Origin: Mobula hypostoma | Lineage: Eukaryota | NCBI RefSeq assembly: GCF_963921235.1 | Contig: NC_086097.1 | Span: 167,588,001-167,652,000 of the forward strand | Direction of reading: 5' to 3' | Length of the DNA stretch: 64,000 nt | Part shown: positions 25,097 through 37,564 of the stretch, piece by piece | Numbering within the stretch: position 1 is the first letter of the stretch | Layout of the letters: every line of letters begins with the position of its first letter | Position numbers and translations under genes: made by a program | Notes under the pieces: model-generated | Databases searched by the model: none | Seen by the model: only the letters and a program-made list of their open reading frames with translations | What the model was told of the DNA's origin: nothing

Positions 25097-25893
25097 TTAT
25101 CATTTCGGAGGACCTGTCCTTGGCCCAGCATGTAAGTACAATTACAAAGAAAGCACGGCAACACCTCTACTTCCTCAGAAGTTTGCGAAGATTCAGCATG
25201 ACATCTAAAACTTTGACAAAATTCTGTAAATGTATGGTGGAGAGTATATTGACTGATTGCATCACAGCCGGGTATGGAAACACTAAAATTCAAAGTACAT
25301 TTATTAACAAAGTATAAAGAGTACGTCTTGGTATAATGTCCTTGAATGGAAAATCCTACAAGAAGTAGTGGATATGGCCCAGTACATCACAGGTAAAGCC
25401 CTCCCCACTACTGAGCACATCTACGTGGACCACTGTCACAGGAAAGCAGTAGCCATCATCAAGAGCCCCCACCACCTAGGCCATGCTTTCTTCTCACTGC
25501 TGCTACGAGGAAGAAGGTACAGGAGCCTCAGGAGCCTCAGGACCCACACCATCAAAGTTGAGGAATAGTTATTATCCCTCAACCATCAGGCTCTTGAACC
25601 GGTGGTGATAACTTCACTCGCCCCATCATTGAACAGTTCCCACAATCTATGGACTCATTTTCAAAGACTCTTCATCTCATGTTCCGATATTTATTGCCTT
25701 TTTTTTTCTTTTGTATTTGCACAGTTTATTGTCGTTTGCACATTGGTTATTTGTCAGTCCTGTTGGGTATGGTCTTCCACTGGTTCTATTATGTTACTTG
25801 GATTTACTGCATATGCCCGCAAGGAAATGAATTTCAATGTTGTATATGGTGACATATACGGTATATACTTTGATAATAAATTTAATTTGAACT
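25097..25893 (+). mobile_element. Rex1/Babar-type LINE 3' fragment
   Basis: KKARQHLYFLRSLRRF, CMVESILTDCIT, IIKSPHHLGHAFFSLL and an (ACTTTG)-like tail. Confidence 0.75.
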
Positions 25894-26719
25894 TTGGACA
25901 AGTACCTGAACCACCAAAGCTGGTAGATGGGATAGGTAAAAATGGGTTCTTAATGGTTGACATAGACATGGTAGGTGCATGTGCTTGTTTCTGTATTGTG
26001 TGACTCTAAGCCTTGATGGAAGTGGTAAAGTTGAAATCTTCCCATTCCTGAAATGTGCTGCTCTCACCAAAAACCAGTGCCTAACCTGCTGGGTATGTGC
26101 AGTATTCCAGATCTCCAGCATCTGTGGTATCTGAAATCAGTTCCTGGGTGAGCAAGCCAAAAGCCTGCTGGTCTTGATCCTGGAGGTTGACTCTCACTAT
26201 GATAGCTGGGGGATTTAAACAAGTAATTTCCAAAGGGGTGCTAATTGGTAGATTAATTGGCAACTGTAAATTAACCCTGGCGTGGGTAGGTGACAGGGTA
26301 TCAGTGGAAAGCTGATGGACATCTGAGAAAGAATACATTACAGTGGAATAATCTGGGAAGGGAGATAGTTGAGAATGCAAGAGAATGCAGATGCTGGAAA
26401 CTTGAGCAGCAAACAAAATCCTGGAGAATTCAACAGGTTAGGAAGTATCTGTGGAGGGAAATAGACAGTCACCATTCTAAGTCGAGATCTTTAATCTCAA
26501 CAGAGTGGTTGCCTAGTCTGTGCTTGGCCTCACTGACATAGAGGAGGACTCATCAAGACCAAGGAGAGCGGTGCATATGAATGCCTACCTCCCCTGGAAA
26601 GGAGCAGAGATCCTGGGAATCGGCAGAAATGCCTGCTTAAGGTTAAATCAGGTCAATCTTCATCTTTTTCTCTGGTGGAGCAAACCTGAGTGTTCGACTG
26701 CCCCTCTCCTGCCCCTAAT

Positions 26720-27385
26720 TATGGCAGTAAAAGTCAATATGGAGATAAAGAAGGCGTATGGCATGCTTGCCTTTTTTAGTTGAGGAACTGAATTCTAAAG
26801 CCAGGAGGTTATGTTACAGCTTCATAAACACTAGTTAGGCCACATCTGGGGTATCGCATTCGATTCTGGTCACTCCCAATTATAAGGACGATGTGGAAGC
26901 TTTGGAGAGGGTGCAGAAAAAGTTTCCTAGGACGCAGCCTAGATAAGAGTGTGCTATATCGAGACATTGTACAAACATGGCTTGTTTTCTCTGGAGCAGC
27001 AGAGACTGAGGGGAGACTGGCAGAAGTTTATAAAATTATCAGAGGTATACACAGACAGCTAGTAACTTTTTCCGAGGACCTAAATATCTAATATTAGAGG
27101 GCACAGGTTTAAGGTGAGGGGAGAAACTTCAAATGAGATGTGAGGGGCAAGGTTTATTAAACAGAGAATGGTGGTATCTGGAATTTGCTGTCAGGGTCAT
27201 GGTGGAGGCAGATCTGATAGAGGCATTAAAAAGTTCTTAGAAAGGCACATAAATACACAGAGAACAGAGGGATATGGACATTGAGTAGGCAGAAGGGATT
27301 AGCAACCAGCTTAATTTGTTTTGCACAACACTGTGGGCTGAATGTCCTGTCCTGCGCTGCAATGTTCCACTTTCTATATTCTATT
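26720..27385 (+). mobile_element. Degenerate CR1 3' fragment
   Basis: KKAYGMLAF and a decayed CR1 C-terminus and 3' UTR. Confidence 0.7.
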
Positions 27386-27869
27386 TGTCAATAAAAGGTG
27401 TTAGCTCCCCATAACAAGGCTGGTAAACTTCCTTCAGGAACAGAAGTCCTTCCCAATTCCAGGCTCCACAGTGTGAACCGGCTTTAAACACCCTTCAGCC
27501 ACTGAACTCAAAGTGAAGGTGGCCTATTAATTTTGCTCGTATCTGCTTTTACTTTGCAAGAATAGAGAACAAAATTGCAATAGCGGTATCTCATATTTAA
27601 GCGGAGGTTTAAAGGCGATTCTAGAAGACGAGGAAGTGGTGTAGACCATTGTTAACCTCCGGTGGGAAGGTTGCTTGTAGAGGAAGCTTTACTGCTTGCT
27701 CAGTGAGCTGGCTGTTTGCAGCATTTACGGTAAGGTGGACCACTCGGTGGCTGTGGATCAGCTGATCTGTGCCTCCAACGTCGGCCCAGCTGATTTCACA
27801 ATGGAAAACTGGCCATTTTAAATAAATTTGTATTATATCTTATTTTTTATTTTTTTCTGTATGTGTAGA

Positions 27870-28400
27870 GATACTTAAAAAGGACGTCTCCGGCTGCATT
27901 CGTGAGCTTGCAAACGTGAGGATGAGGCGCTGATGGAAGGGGTTGCGGCAGGGAGGGGGTATACCTGCTTCCTGAGACATGGGGATGTGTTACAGCTTGC
28001 GACCGCGGCTCTTCAGCGATCCCTCCAGCGGCGGCCCCGACACGGAGCTGCGCCCTGGAGCGGGGGCCGAGCAGCCACACCAGGGGGACACGGCAACCAG
28101 GCTACGGAGCGCCGACGGCCCCGGGCTGCAGCTCCGCCGCAGGGAGACGGACTGGCAGCCGCAGCAGAACGGCGCAGAGGGAGAGCGGGCGCCTCCGCCT
28201 CTGCAACTGGGCAGCAAAGGGCCGGACAGGGACAAGCACAAGGGCGACAAGCCCCGGCCGCAGGACGCAGAAGCAGACAGAGAGGCCAAGAAGGTCAGCA
28301 AATGCATCGACAAGATGTTAAAGCAACAGAAACGCGAGTACAAGCAGACCCACCGCCTGCTGCTCTTGGGTAAGGTCTCTGTAGCCACCTGCGTGGAAGG
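27870..28400 (+). promoter_or_regulatory. CpG island over the putative GNAL XL promoter and first exon
   Basis: Abrupt GC- and CpG-rich tract in an otherwise CpG-depleted window, coinciding with a first coding exon. Confidence 0.75.
27979..28369 (+). CDS. GNAL: First coding exon of an extra-large Gs-family G-alpha subunit (XL-Golf, long GNAL isoform); partial CDS
   Basis: Begins MGMCYSLRPRLF, like the long GNAL N-terminus MGLCYSLRP as recalled, and ends EAKKVSKCIDKMLKQQKREYKQTHRLLLLG (G-alpha N-helix and beta-1). Strong Kozak GACATGG, in-frame upstream TGA at 27931, and a phase-1 donor G|GTAAGG at 28369/28370, the conserved Gs/Golf exon-1 boundary. Confidence 0.9.
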
Positions 28401-28574
28401 AAAGATGTGGGTTGGTTGGAACCCCATTTCTTCACAAAACCATACTCTCCTAAACATCAGTTCTAACATTTTGTGTAAAAGCACTTTCAAGCCTTTTATT
28501 TTGCTAAACCGACCGATTTCTAACCACTGTCTAGAATTTGGGTTTCCTTCCGTAAGGATCTGCTAACCGTTTTG

Positions 28575-29060
28575 GTCACGGCTTTGAAGGGGGTGCAGAG
28601 GAGGTTTACCAGGTTGCTGCCTGGATTAGAGGGTATTAGTTGTGAGGAGATGTTGGTCAAACCTCGACTGTTTTTTCTGGAGTATGGGATACTGAGGGGG
28701 GACTTGAATGAGGTTTGTAAAATTCAGAGAGGTGTTGACAGGTTAGATGATCAGTGTCTTTTTCCCAGTGTGGGAATGTCAAATATCGGAAGGCATGGCT
28801 TTAGGCTGAGGGAAGGATGTTTAAAGATGTATGAGGTAAGGTTTTTTTTTTAAAACAGAGTGTGGTTGATGCTGGGTATGTGCTACCAGGTTTCTGGTGG
28901 TGGATGCAGATCCCATGGTGGTGTTTGAGGCATTTGGACAGGGTCATGAACATGCATGGAATGGAGGGATGGGGGTCAGATGCAGTTTAATTTGGCATCA
29001 TGATTGGTACAGACATCTTGGGTTGAAGGGCCTGTAACCTCCTTTATTGTTTTATGCTCC
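28575..29060 (+). mobile_element. Degenerate CR1 3' fragment (intronic)
   Basis: GVQRRFTRLLPGLEGISCEE...LRGDLNEV. Confidence 0.8.
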
Positions 29061-32000
29061 ATGCACTCGTGTTCAGGCAAGGAACACCAGTCTGTACCTG
29101 GTGTAAAGAGATGGCCTCAAGAGGCAAGGTTAACCTACCTGGGCCTGTGGTCTCTGAGGTTCAGGAGCTGGAGTTGGAGTTCATGAGGTAAACTGAGAGA
29201 ATGTTTCCCATTCCTGGTGGAATATTGAAGAAGGGGATAATTTCAGAATAAGGGATCATCCATTAAAATAGAGGTGAAGGGGAATTTCATCGAGAGGATG
29301 GTGATTCTGGAATTCTCTACACCAGAGAGTTGTAGTATTAGGTGTGAGATTCTCAGCATATGAGGAAGTCAAGGATTTGTGAGGATCAGGGTGGAAGATG
29401 GTGCCAAAGCAAAGATCAGATGAGCTGTGTTCTTACTGAATGGTTTAGGGGCTGTATGACCTACTTCTGCTCCTGTTTCCATGTTTGTCCCATTGAAGCT
29501 TCAGCACACTCCTAAGAATGTGTAATGGATTTCCATTTGAATCTTCAAATGCTGAGGCACTCTTCTGGAGAATATTTTGGGCACACATCCTGAGAAGTCA
29601 GATTGTGTATTTTAGAATTTAGCAAATCCTTGAGGTTTTGTCTTCATTCTGATTTCACTCATCTCTGTACTGATTATTTTTGGTTCCCTGTATATTCATT
29701 AAATGATTTCATGCTCCATAGTTTATTGTGACAGACCTGTCCACATTTGAACTTTTGTTGCTTCTATAGGCTGTGCTGTTAGTTTGAACACATTGCTGCT
29801 CAATCGTAAAGCAGATGCATATCGTGTTTCTAATAGCCTGCATTTTTAAAAAATGCTTATGAAATTTGAAGTGAAACAGAGAATCCCTTGTTATTCAAAG
29901 CTAAAGCAAAATGGGACAGGAGGAGGCAAGGGAATTACCTCATTTTTTAATTCTTCCTAGATAGTGACACTGTAGTCTTTCTCCTTCAACAATTAGCCAT
30001 TTAATTAATTCCAGTGCTATGGTGGCTCCCATTATTCTAGGTAATGCCTTCCAGCTGTTGATTTATTTAAAATAATTATTTCCTGAAGTGAGGTCTAAAC
30101 TTGTTCATCCCTTGAGTTAGGTGAACTGTAACACAGGTAATTAGAGAGGGGCCCAAGGAGAATTTCAAAAATATCATAGTCATGATAGTAATAGAAAAAA
30201 TATAATAGAAGAAGCCATTTGATGCTCTACCAATTGCACAAGCTATTTAATTTAATCAGTGGCAGTGGAAAAGGCTGCAATAGTTTAGAAATGCAAAGTT
30301 ATTGTTCCATATCTAAATAATAAAGGCTACCTACAATAATAACCTGATTTTCCTAATTAGAAACCACATTCAAAATTAGAACAAATTAAAACAGTATTCA
30401 TTAATATATTACAGCAAGTGATCAAAATTTGTCTGATCCACTGTAAACTATTTTCAGGGCACAGACAAATCACTGGGATAAATGAAGCCAGAAAACTGTT
30501 GACACTGTATGACTGGAGAAATTCTTCATGAACCAAGTTTTGTTGTGACGGTACACTGAGTGTGTGAAGCAAGGCTCTGAAGGAATGGTGTGGAGGTGTT
30601 TTATCAAGTGCGCCATGCCTGGATGAGTAATGGAGGGAGAAATGACCCACTGTCCCGAGTGTACAGAAGTGACCTGGATTCCCTATTGCACATGGTGGAT
30701 AAATGATCAAATGGCTGAAGTCAGATTTGGAGAAGAAAGCCAAATGTTTTGCATGATGTCAGTGACATTAGTGTGGATTGAAAAAAAAATTTGAATTTGT
30801 ATAGTATTTTGCACAACCACAGCCAAAGTCTCGGGTAGAATGCAGTCACTGTTGTGCATCGTAATGTGCCAAAGGAGAACTTTGACACCTGGTAGCTTTA
30901 GTTACCCTCTTGCTTATGATGAAAACATTACTGTCAGTAGCAAGTGGGAGGAGAACAGGTTGTAGATTGTTCGAGTTAAGGTCTGCAACCTTGTCATCAG
31001 TGAACAACTGTCCTGAATGTTCCCACTGTCCTGGCATTCAGTCCTTTCAGGAAGGATGTTATCGGTTTCCTGCAGCCTTGGTTTGGAGAAAGAGCTTCCT
31101 GATTTCATTTCTAAATGGCCTGCTTCTGGTTTGGATATTACACCCTCCTATTTTTGAATGTTAAGGCAAAAGAATTAATTCTCCATTATCATTTTGTGGA
31201 ATCTGGATATAGGTTGTATCTCAACTGTTAAACTTGGGAGGCAATATTAGTTTTGGCATGATTTAGTCCTTCAGTATCTGATTTGGTCATGGGTGTATCC
31301 TCACTCCAAGCCAGTGTATTCTCCTTGGACTTTGTTTGTGACGTCATTTTATTTTCTTTATGATAAAGACCAACTTCTTGTTAGATCTTTGATCACTGTT
31401 TGCATCTTGGAGCTTATGTCCACTTGGGACAAATCCCTGTCCTAAACCAGAACAACCTTTTTCTCACTATTGAATCACACATCCTAATGTTGTGTTGGAT
31501 CCATCGCTTGCTTTACTGCTTGTTAAACTGCCTGTAGTCTCTGCTGACAGCTACACAACATGCTATAACTCCTAACTTGGCAGTTCCGCAAACTTGGACA
31601 TAGAGCTCTTCATTCCTTCAGCTGGCCTGGATGAAAAGTAGAGGCTTCAGAAGTTGAGAGTGAGGCAGACCAGAGGGTCTGATACAAAATACACAGTTCT
31701 GGAAGTACTCAGCAGACCATGTCACTGGTGAAGAAAGAAACCGTTCACACCACTCCTTGCAGTGCTGCCAGCCCTGAGCATTTGCAGTATTTTGTTTCAT
31801 TTGTCCGAGCACTTACCCTTGGGGGAACACCACTTTCCACACACCTTGCCAAATTGGGTGGCAAAATTTTGTCCTTGCTGTTTGTTTCCAACCTTCCCAA
31901 AAGTCTTGACTTGTATCGCATGTTATCTTAATTCAATCCACATCAATTTTTGTGAATGATCCCTGTTGGAAATTTTATCAGATTTCCTAAAATTGCAATG

Positions 32001-35000
32001 TAATTAGTCAGCACTTTTGGTGAGGCCCAAAAGTGGGCTTAAAGAAGGCTGGCCTACTTATCTGGAGTTATCCTTTGAAATCCCACCACAGAGGAAGGGG
32101 AATATAAATTGTAATAACGAAGGCTGGTCTCAAGAAGATGGACTACAGGATTGTTTTTATTTTTTCAAAATCCATTTTTGAATTCCTCAGAGAAAGAAAT
32201 GCAGCATTCTAGGCCAGTTTGGCCTATGTATGACTCCAGATCCATGGTACTGTAGTTGTCTACTGAAATGAACCAACACGTCACTTTTACGAGCCTCTTT
32301 GATAAGCAAATGAATATACAGCCAATCAAAGCTCAAAGTAAACTTATATATGTGTCACCATATACTGCCCTGAGATTCATTTTCTTGCAGACGTTCACAG
32401 TTGACCAAAGAAATCCAGGAGAATCAAGGAAAAACTACATGCAAACTAAGACTGACAAACAACCACTGTACAAAAGTAGACAACCTGTGCAAAAGCAAAG
32501 ACATAAGACATAATAATAAATTAATGCAGAGAACATGAGTTGTAGAGTCCTTGAAAGTCCATAGGCTGTGGAATCAGTTCATGAATTGAGTTGAGTAAAT
32601 GGAGGGATATGGACCACCTGAAGAGGCAAAGGAGGTTGGGTGAGTAATTATTTTGGTAAAACATCATTGACAGACGAGCTTATTCTGTGCTGTATTAGTT
32701 GCTCAGTTCAGAGGTAGTCATATTAGTAAATTGGTTTATCATTGCCACGTTTATTTTGCCTGCCATCCATACAGATTATTTCGTCACCTCAGTACATTGA
32801 GGTAATACACAGGAAAAGCAATAACAGAACGTGGAATATGAGAAAATGCAGTGCCGGCAGACGATAAGTTGCAAGGCTATAGTGCGATGGGCTTTTGATC
32901 TCAGAATCTATCTTAATGTGCAAGAGGGCCAGTTAATAGTCTTGTAATAGCAGAATAAAAGCTGTCCTTGAGCCTGGCTATACGTGCTTTCAGGCTTCTG
33001 TACCTTCTGCCTGTTGGGAGGGGTGAGAAGAGCGAACATCCGGGTGGGTGGGATCTTTGATTATGCTGGCTGCTTTACCAAGGCAGCGGGAAGTGTAGAC
33101 AGAGTCCCTGGAAGGGAGGTACGATCTCATGATGTGCTGAGCTGTGTCCATAAACCCTCTGCAGTCTCAGCTAGAGCAGTTGCCATACCAAACCATGATG
33201 TTGCTACGATTTTAAGAATTGTTAAGTGCCCACCGGGTCATACTAAATTTCTTTTGCCTCCTAGAAAAACTTGAGACACTAGTGTACTTTCTAGGCCGTG
33301 GTGCCCACATGGTTTGTCCAGGACAGGCCATTGGTGATGTTCAAATAGATAGGGATGGGTACTAACTGTCGGGCCATGCCAGTGATGCCACTAAATGTGC
33401 ATGTATGAAGAAAATTAGTTTCCCTTCTTTTATCTAACATGTTGGTAATTTCATCCAAAAAAGTAGACTGTAGACAAACTCTACCTCTCCTTCACCAATC
33501 CTCTCTGACTGTCCTTCATAAGTAGACATTTGCCTTAATGTTCATTTACTCTCTGACAGACTTTAGTAATTTGCTCAGAACTGGCCTTGAATGTGAAGGT
33601 TTCTATGATGTTATTGTGTTGCTTATGGTACTGATTGCCACTAGGTTCTGAGAGACAGTGTGGGAGAGTGACCTGGCTTGTTAGTTATCTGAGGAATGAT
33701 TTAATAAAGACATATTTAGCTTCTGAACAATTTGTGTAATATGCACATTTAAAATAGAGCAAATAAACCCAGAATAACTCTTGCAGACCACCGGAGGTAC
33801 AGTCAGGAGAGCAGGTTAAAGGTATGTTCAAACATAATCTGAGAAATGGAAGCAAGAGCAACATGCACAAAGTGCTGGAGCAGGTCAGACAGCATTGATG
33901 GAGGGGAGAGAATGCTGGATGCTTTGGACCAAGAGCCTTCCTCAAGAATGGGGGGGGGTAAAAAGGGCAGAAGCCAGGATAAGAGGTTGGGAGAAGCACA
34001 AGCTGGTGAGTGAACCTGTATCCAGGTGAGGGCTAGAAGTAGGAACGTGATATCTGTACCTGCCTGTGCTTTCCCTTCCTTCTTATCAATCCCTGACACC
34101 TGTCCCACTGTTCATTATGGTTGATCCTGATCCTCCTCCTGTCTCCAAAACCTTGCCAAATCCAGCCTTGAATATACTCGATGCTGGTCCATCCCCATTC
34201 CTCTCTTGGTTGGTTACAGCCTTCTGAACAAACATTATATTCCTCAATTCAGTCCTAGACGGCCAACCCCTTAGCCTGAGTTGTGCCCCTTTGTTTTAGG
34301 CTGTCCTGCATGATAAGAATACTTTCCCCACCTACCCTGTCAGTCCTTCGCTGAGTCAATGCGTCAGGATGTGACAGAGGGTGCTCTGTTTGAATGAGAG
34401 GAGGTATGCTTTGGAGTTCAGAAGAATGAGGGGCTATTGTATCAAAACGTATAACATCCCGATGGTACATGACAAGGTAGATGTTGAAATAATATCACAT
34501 ACGGAAAATCGTAAACGGGGGCACATTTAAAACTGAGGTACATGGAAATTCCTTCTCACAGAAAGGAGTGGATTTTTAGAATTTGCTGCTCCAGAGACTT
34601 ATGCTGGCTAGCTCACGAGAAGTATTTAAAGTGAAGATGGATAAATCTTTGAAAGGGGTTTGTGGCCTATGGGGTTGCAGCACAGGGAATGAGTTGAAGC
34701 CTGGAGACGATCAGCCATGAGCCGATCGAATGGCAGCACAGCGTTGAGGAACCTTGTGATCTACTCCTGCTTTTAGTTCCTTGTATGCAGCGTGGTTAAG
34801 AATTTTTGAGTAAAACTTGTAGTACCAAAGTTGAATTGATGGATGGAAGGCCATTTGGCACAGGGACTGCTTTCAGACACTGATTCCTCTCTCCTTTCTA
34901 TTGTGTGGGACTAGTTTAACACACCTTTACTGGCCACTAATTGAAGCTCGAGGCCTATTATACCCTTTCAACAACTTGTTGTAATAATTTGTGTGATAAA

Positions 35001-37564
35001 TTAGATGCATCTTTAACCTAATTGTTTAAATGGTTAGAGGTGTGTGGGAGGAGAGAGGCCTTATTCACAGTGTATTCAGCTTGCTGTCTGTGACTCACCA
35101 TTATCTTCCACTCCAGCTTAAAGTTGTTTGTGGATGTGTGTGTGTGTGTGCTCATAAACCTAAGTGTTACATTTTTAATGCAGAGCTATGAATTCCTAAT
35201 GTACAGTAAGGAACATTGAGCGATCAAACAGTAGTTTGTGGTGTATGTAATGAGGAGGAGATGGAAAGACTCTGTTTAATCAATATGACTGTTTGTTTCA
35301 ATATTAATGTTCTATTTCTGTGCAACTGCTTCATCACCAGTGTCCTTATAAAGGACATTGCCTCAGTTTGAAAACAATAGGCCTGCACACTCCTTGTGAC
35401 CTTTGCAAATGTTGCATGAAAAGTACTGGGCTAATTTTTTTTTTGCAGTCTGTTTTAATGCTGGGCCAGCTTTGTAAAGACTGCTGTTATTTTTGACTGA
35501 ATTAGCAGTGATGCATTGGATACTGTGCACAGGATCACAGTGAAACTAAATGACGTCAACTCAGACTTTATATACTGAGTGAAGTAAAATGGGGATTGCT
35601 GGAAACACCTTGCAGGTCAGGCAGTGTGTGTGGAGAAAAGAAAACTGGTTGATGACCGTCCATTAGTACCTGGGAAATAAAAATTATAATGAAAAGAAGC
35701 CGGGGGAGGGGAGCAAAAAAGGGGAAGATTTGAGAGAGGAGTAGGCAGAAGAGGAAATAATCAATAAATACATTGGAAAATTTGTTTATTTTGTAATACA
35801 TTGTGATGTGTATTGTAAAACCATTTTGCATGCCATCCATACTGATCATTTTATCATACTGCGTTGCAGTAGTACAAAGGAAAGCTAACAGTACAGAATA
35901 AAATGTTACGGATACAGAACAAGTGGAATGCAGGCTGACAATAAGGTACTAGGCCTCGATGAGGCAGATTGAAGTCAAGAGTCCATCTTGACTTTCTAGG
36001 GGACTGTTCAATGCTGTGGAATAGAAGCAGTCCTTGAGCCTGGTGGTGTGAGCTTTCAGGCTTTCGTGCCTTCTGCCTGATGGGAAAGAGGAGAAGAGAA
36101 AATGTCCAGGGTGGGTGGGGTCATTGTTTATACAGGCTGCTTTATTGGGTCCATGGCAGTTACTGTAAAAGGCTTGTGAGGAGGTTAGTGAATGACAATG
36201 ATAGTCTAGTGCAAAATGGTTCTCTGAAATTACCAGAAGCAGCAGCAATTGTTTATTGTTGACCAAGTCTCCAATGGTCATTTGACCCATCAGGGACCTT
36301 GTGACCGGTCTGAATGTCCCACGTTCTCCTTGTCAGTCACCTCAGAAGCCACAAACTGGGGTGGAAGCAAGTCAATCTCGATTCTGGGGGACTGTCTGAG
36401 AAGGCAATTAGTCATCATCGTCAGAGGAATCACTTCCTTTCTTTTCTCATTGCCTTGTAAATTGTTGCCTTTCAGATCCTTCCAAATGCTGCAGCTGAAT
36501 CCACCTCTGGGAGTGCCTTCCATACCTAAAGTGCTCACAGTACAAAATAAAATCTTCCTCTCAGTCATTGTTTCCCTCCATATCACCTTCATCTTTGTAG
36601 TAATCCACACAGAATGGTGGAGGAACCCAGCAGGTTAGTTCACATTTATTGCAACAGTTAACAGAATATCACTTATTAAGAAACTGTCATTTAAGAGAAA
36701 AACATACATTGAAAAATTTAAATGAGGTTCAGATAGGTGCGTGGATGAAAGGGGTATGGAGTGCTATGGCTTGGGTGTGTGTAGATGGGACTAGGCAGAA
36801 CAACGGGTTGTCCCCGGTCAGATGGGCCAAAGGGCCTGTTTCTGTGCTGAACAAAGACAAAGGTCATGCAGAATCTATATGCTCTTAAATCTATATATGC
36901 TTGTATCTATATGCAATCTTTGCCTCCTAGTTCTTGAACCCTTAGTTGTTGGAACAGTTAGTCCATAAATTTAGTGATTTTTTTTTAAACCTTTTAAAGA
37001 CCTAGATAATGTGTGTGGAGAGGTGTACAAAATTATGAGGGATATTAATAAGATAAATACATGCAGGCTTTCTCCCTTGATGTTGGGCGATACTAGAATT
37101 GAATGTCATAGGTTTCAAAGGTACATTTAATGTCAGAGCAATGTATACAATATACATCCTGAAATTCTTTTTCTTCACAACCATCCACGAAAACAGAGGA
37201 GTGCCCCAAAGAATGAATGACAGTTAAATGTTGGAACCCCAAAGCCCCCGCAGCTCCCCCCATCCACGCATAAGTAGCAGCAATGTGACGATCCCCCCTC
37301 CCCCACCAGCAAAATGTCATTGGTGCTCCCCCAAGCATGCAGCAAAACAACAATAAAGACAGACTTGTTGTTCCCCAGAGATTACTTGTTCACCCGGTAG
37401 TTTGACATGCCACAGCCTCCCCCTCCCCCTCTCCCTGGCACGCCAGTCTTCTAGGCTGTGTCCTTGGTATAGGGTGAGAGGTGAAATATTTAAGGGGAAC
37501 TTGACGGGGAACTCCTCACTCAGAGTAGTGGCATGAGTTACCGGGCAATAGAGGCATGGAGCAA

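Noticed and set aside
27979..28369. Assignment as the GNAS XL-alpha-s exon
   Set aside because: The MGxCYSLRP start and the short length fit the long GNAL isoform better; not formally excluded without a search.
27990..28490. 166-aa antisense ORF over the XL exon
   Set aside because: Expected by chance in GC-rich sequence; no recognisable motif.
28370..28566. C-terminal 65 codons of the 195-aa ORF 27979-28566
   Set aside because: Read-through past the GTAAGG donor; similarity to G-alpha stops exactly at the splice site.
35134..35150. (TG)n microsatellite, and (AAAT)n at about 46404-46426
   Set aside because: Ordinary short simple repeats.
36249..36638. Overlapping ORFs on both strands in apparently non-repeat sequence
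   Set aside because: No recognisable domain or splice signals supporting an exon.
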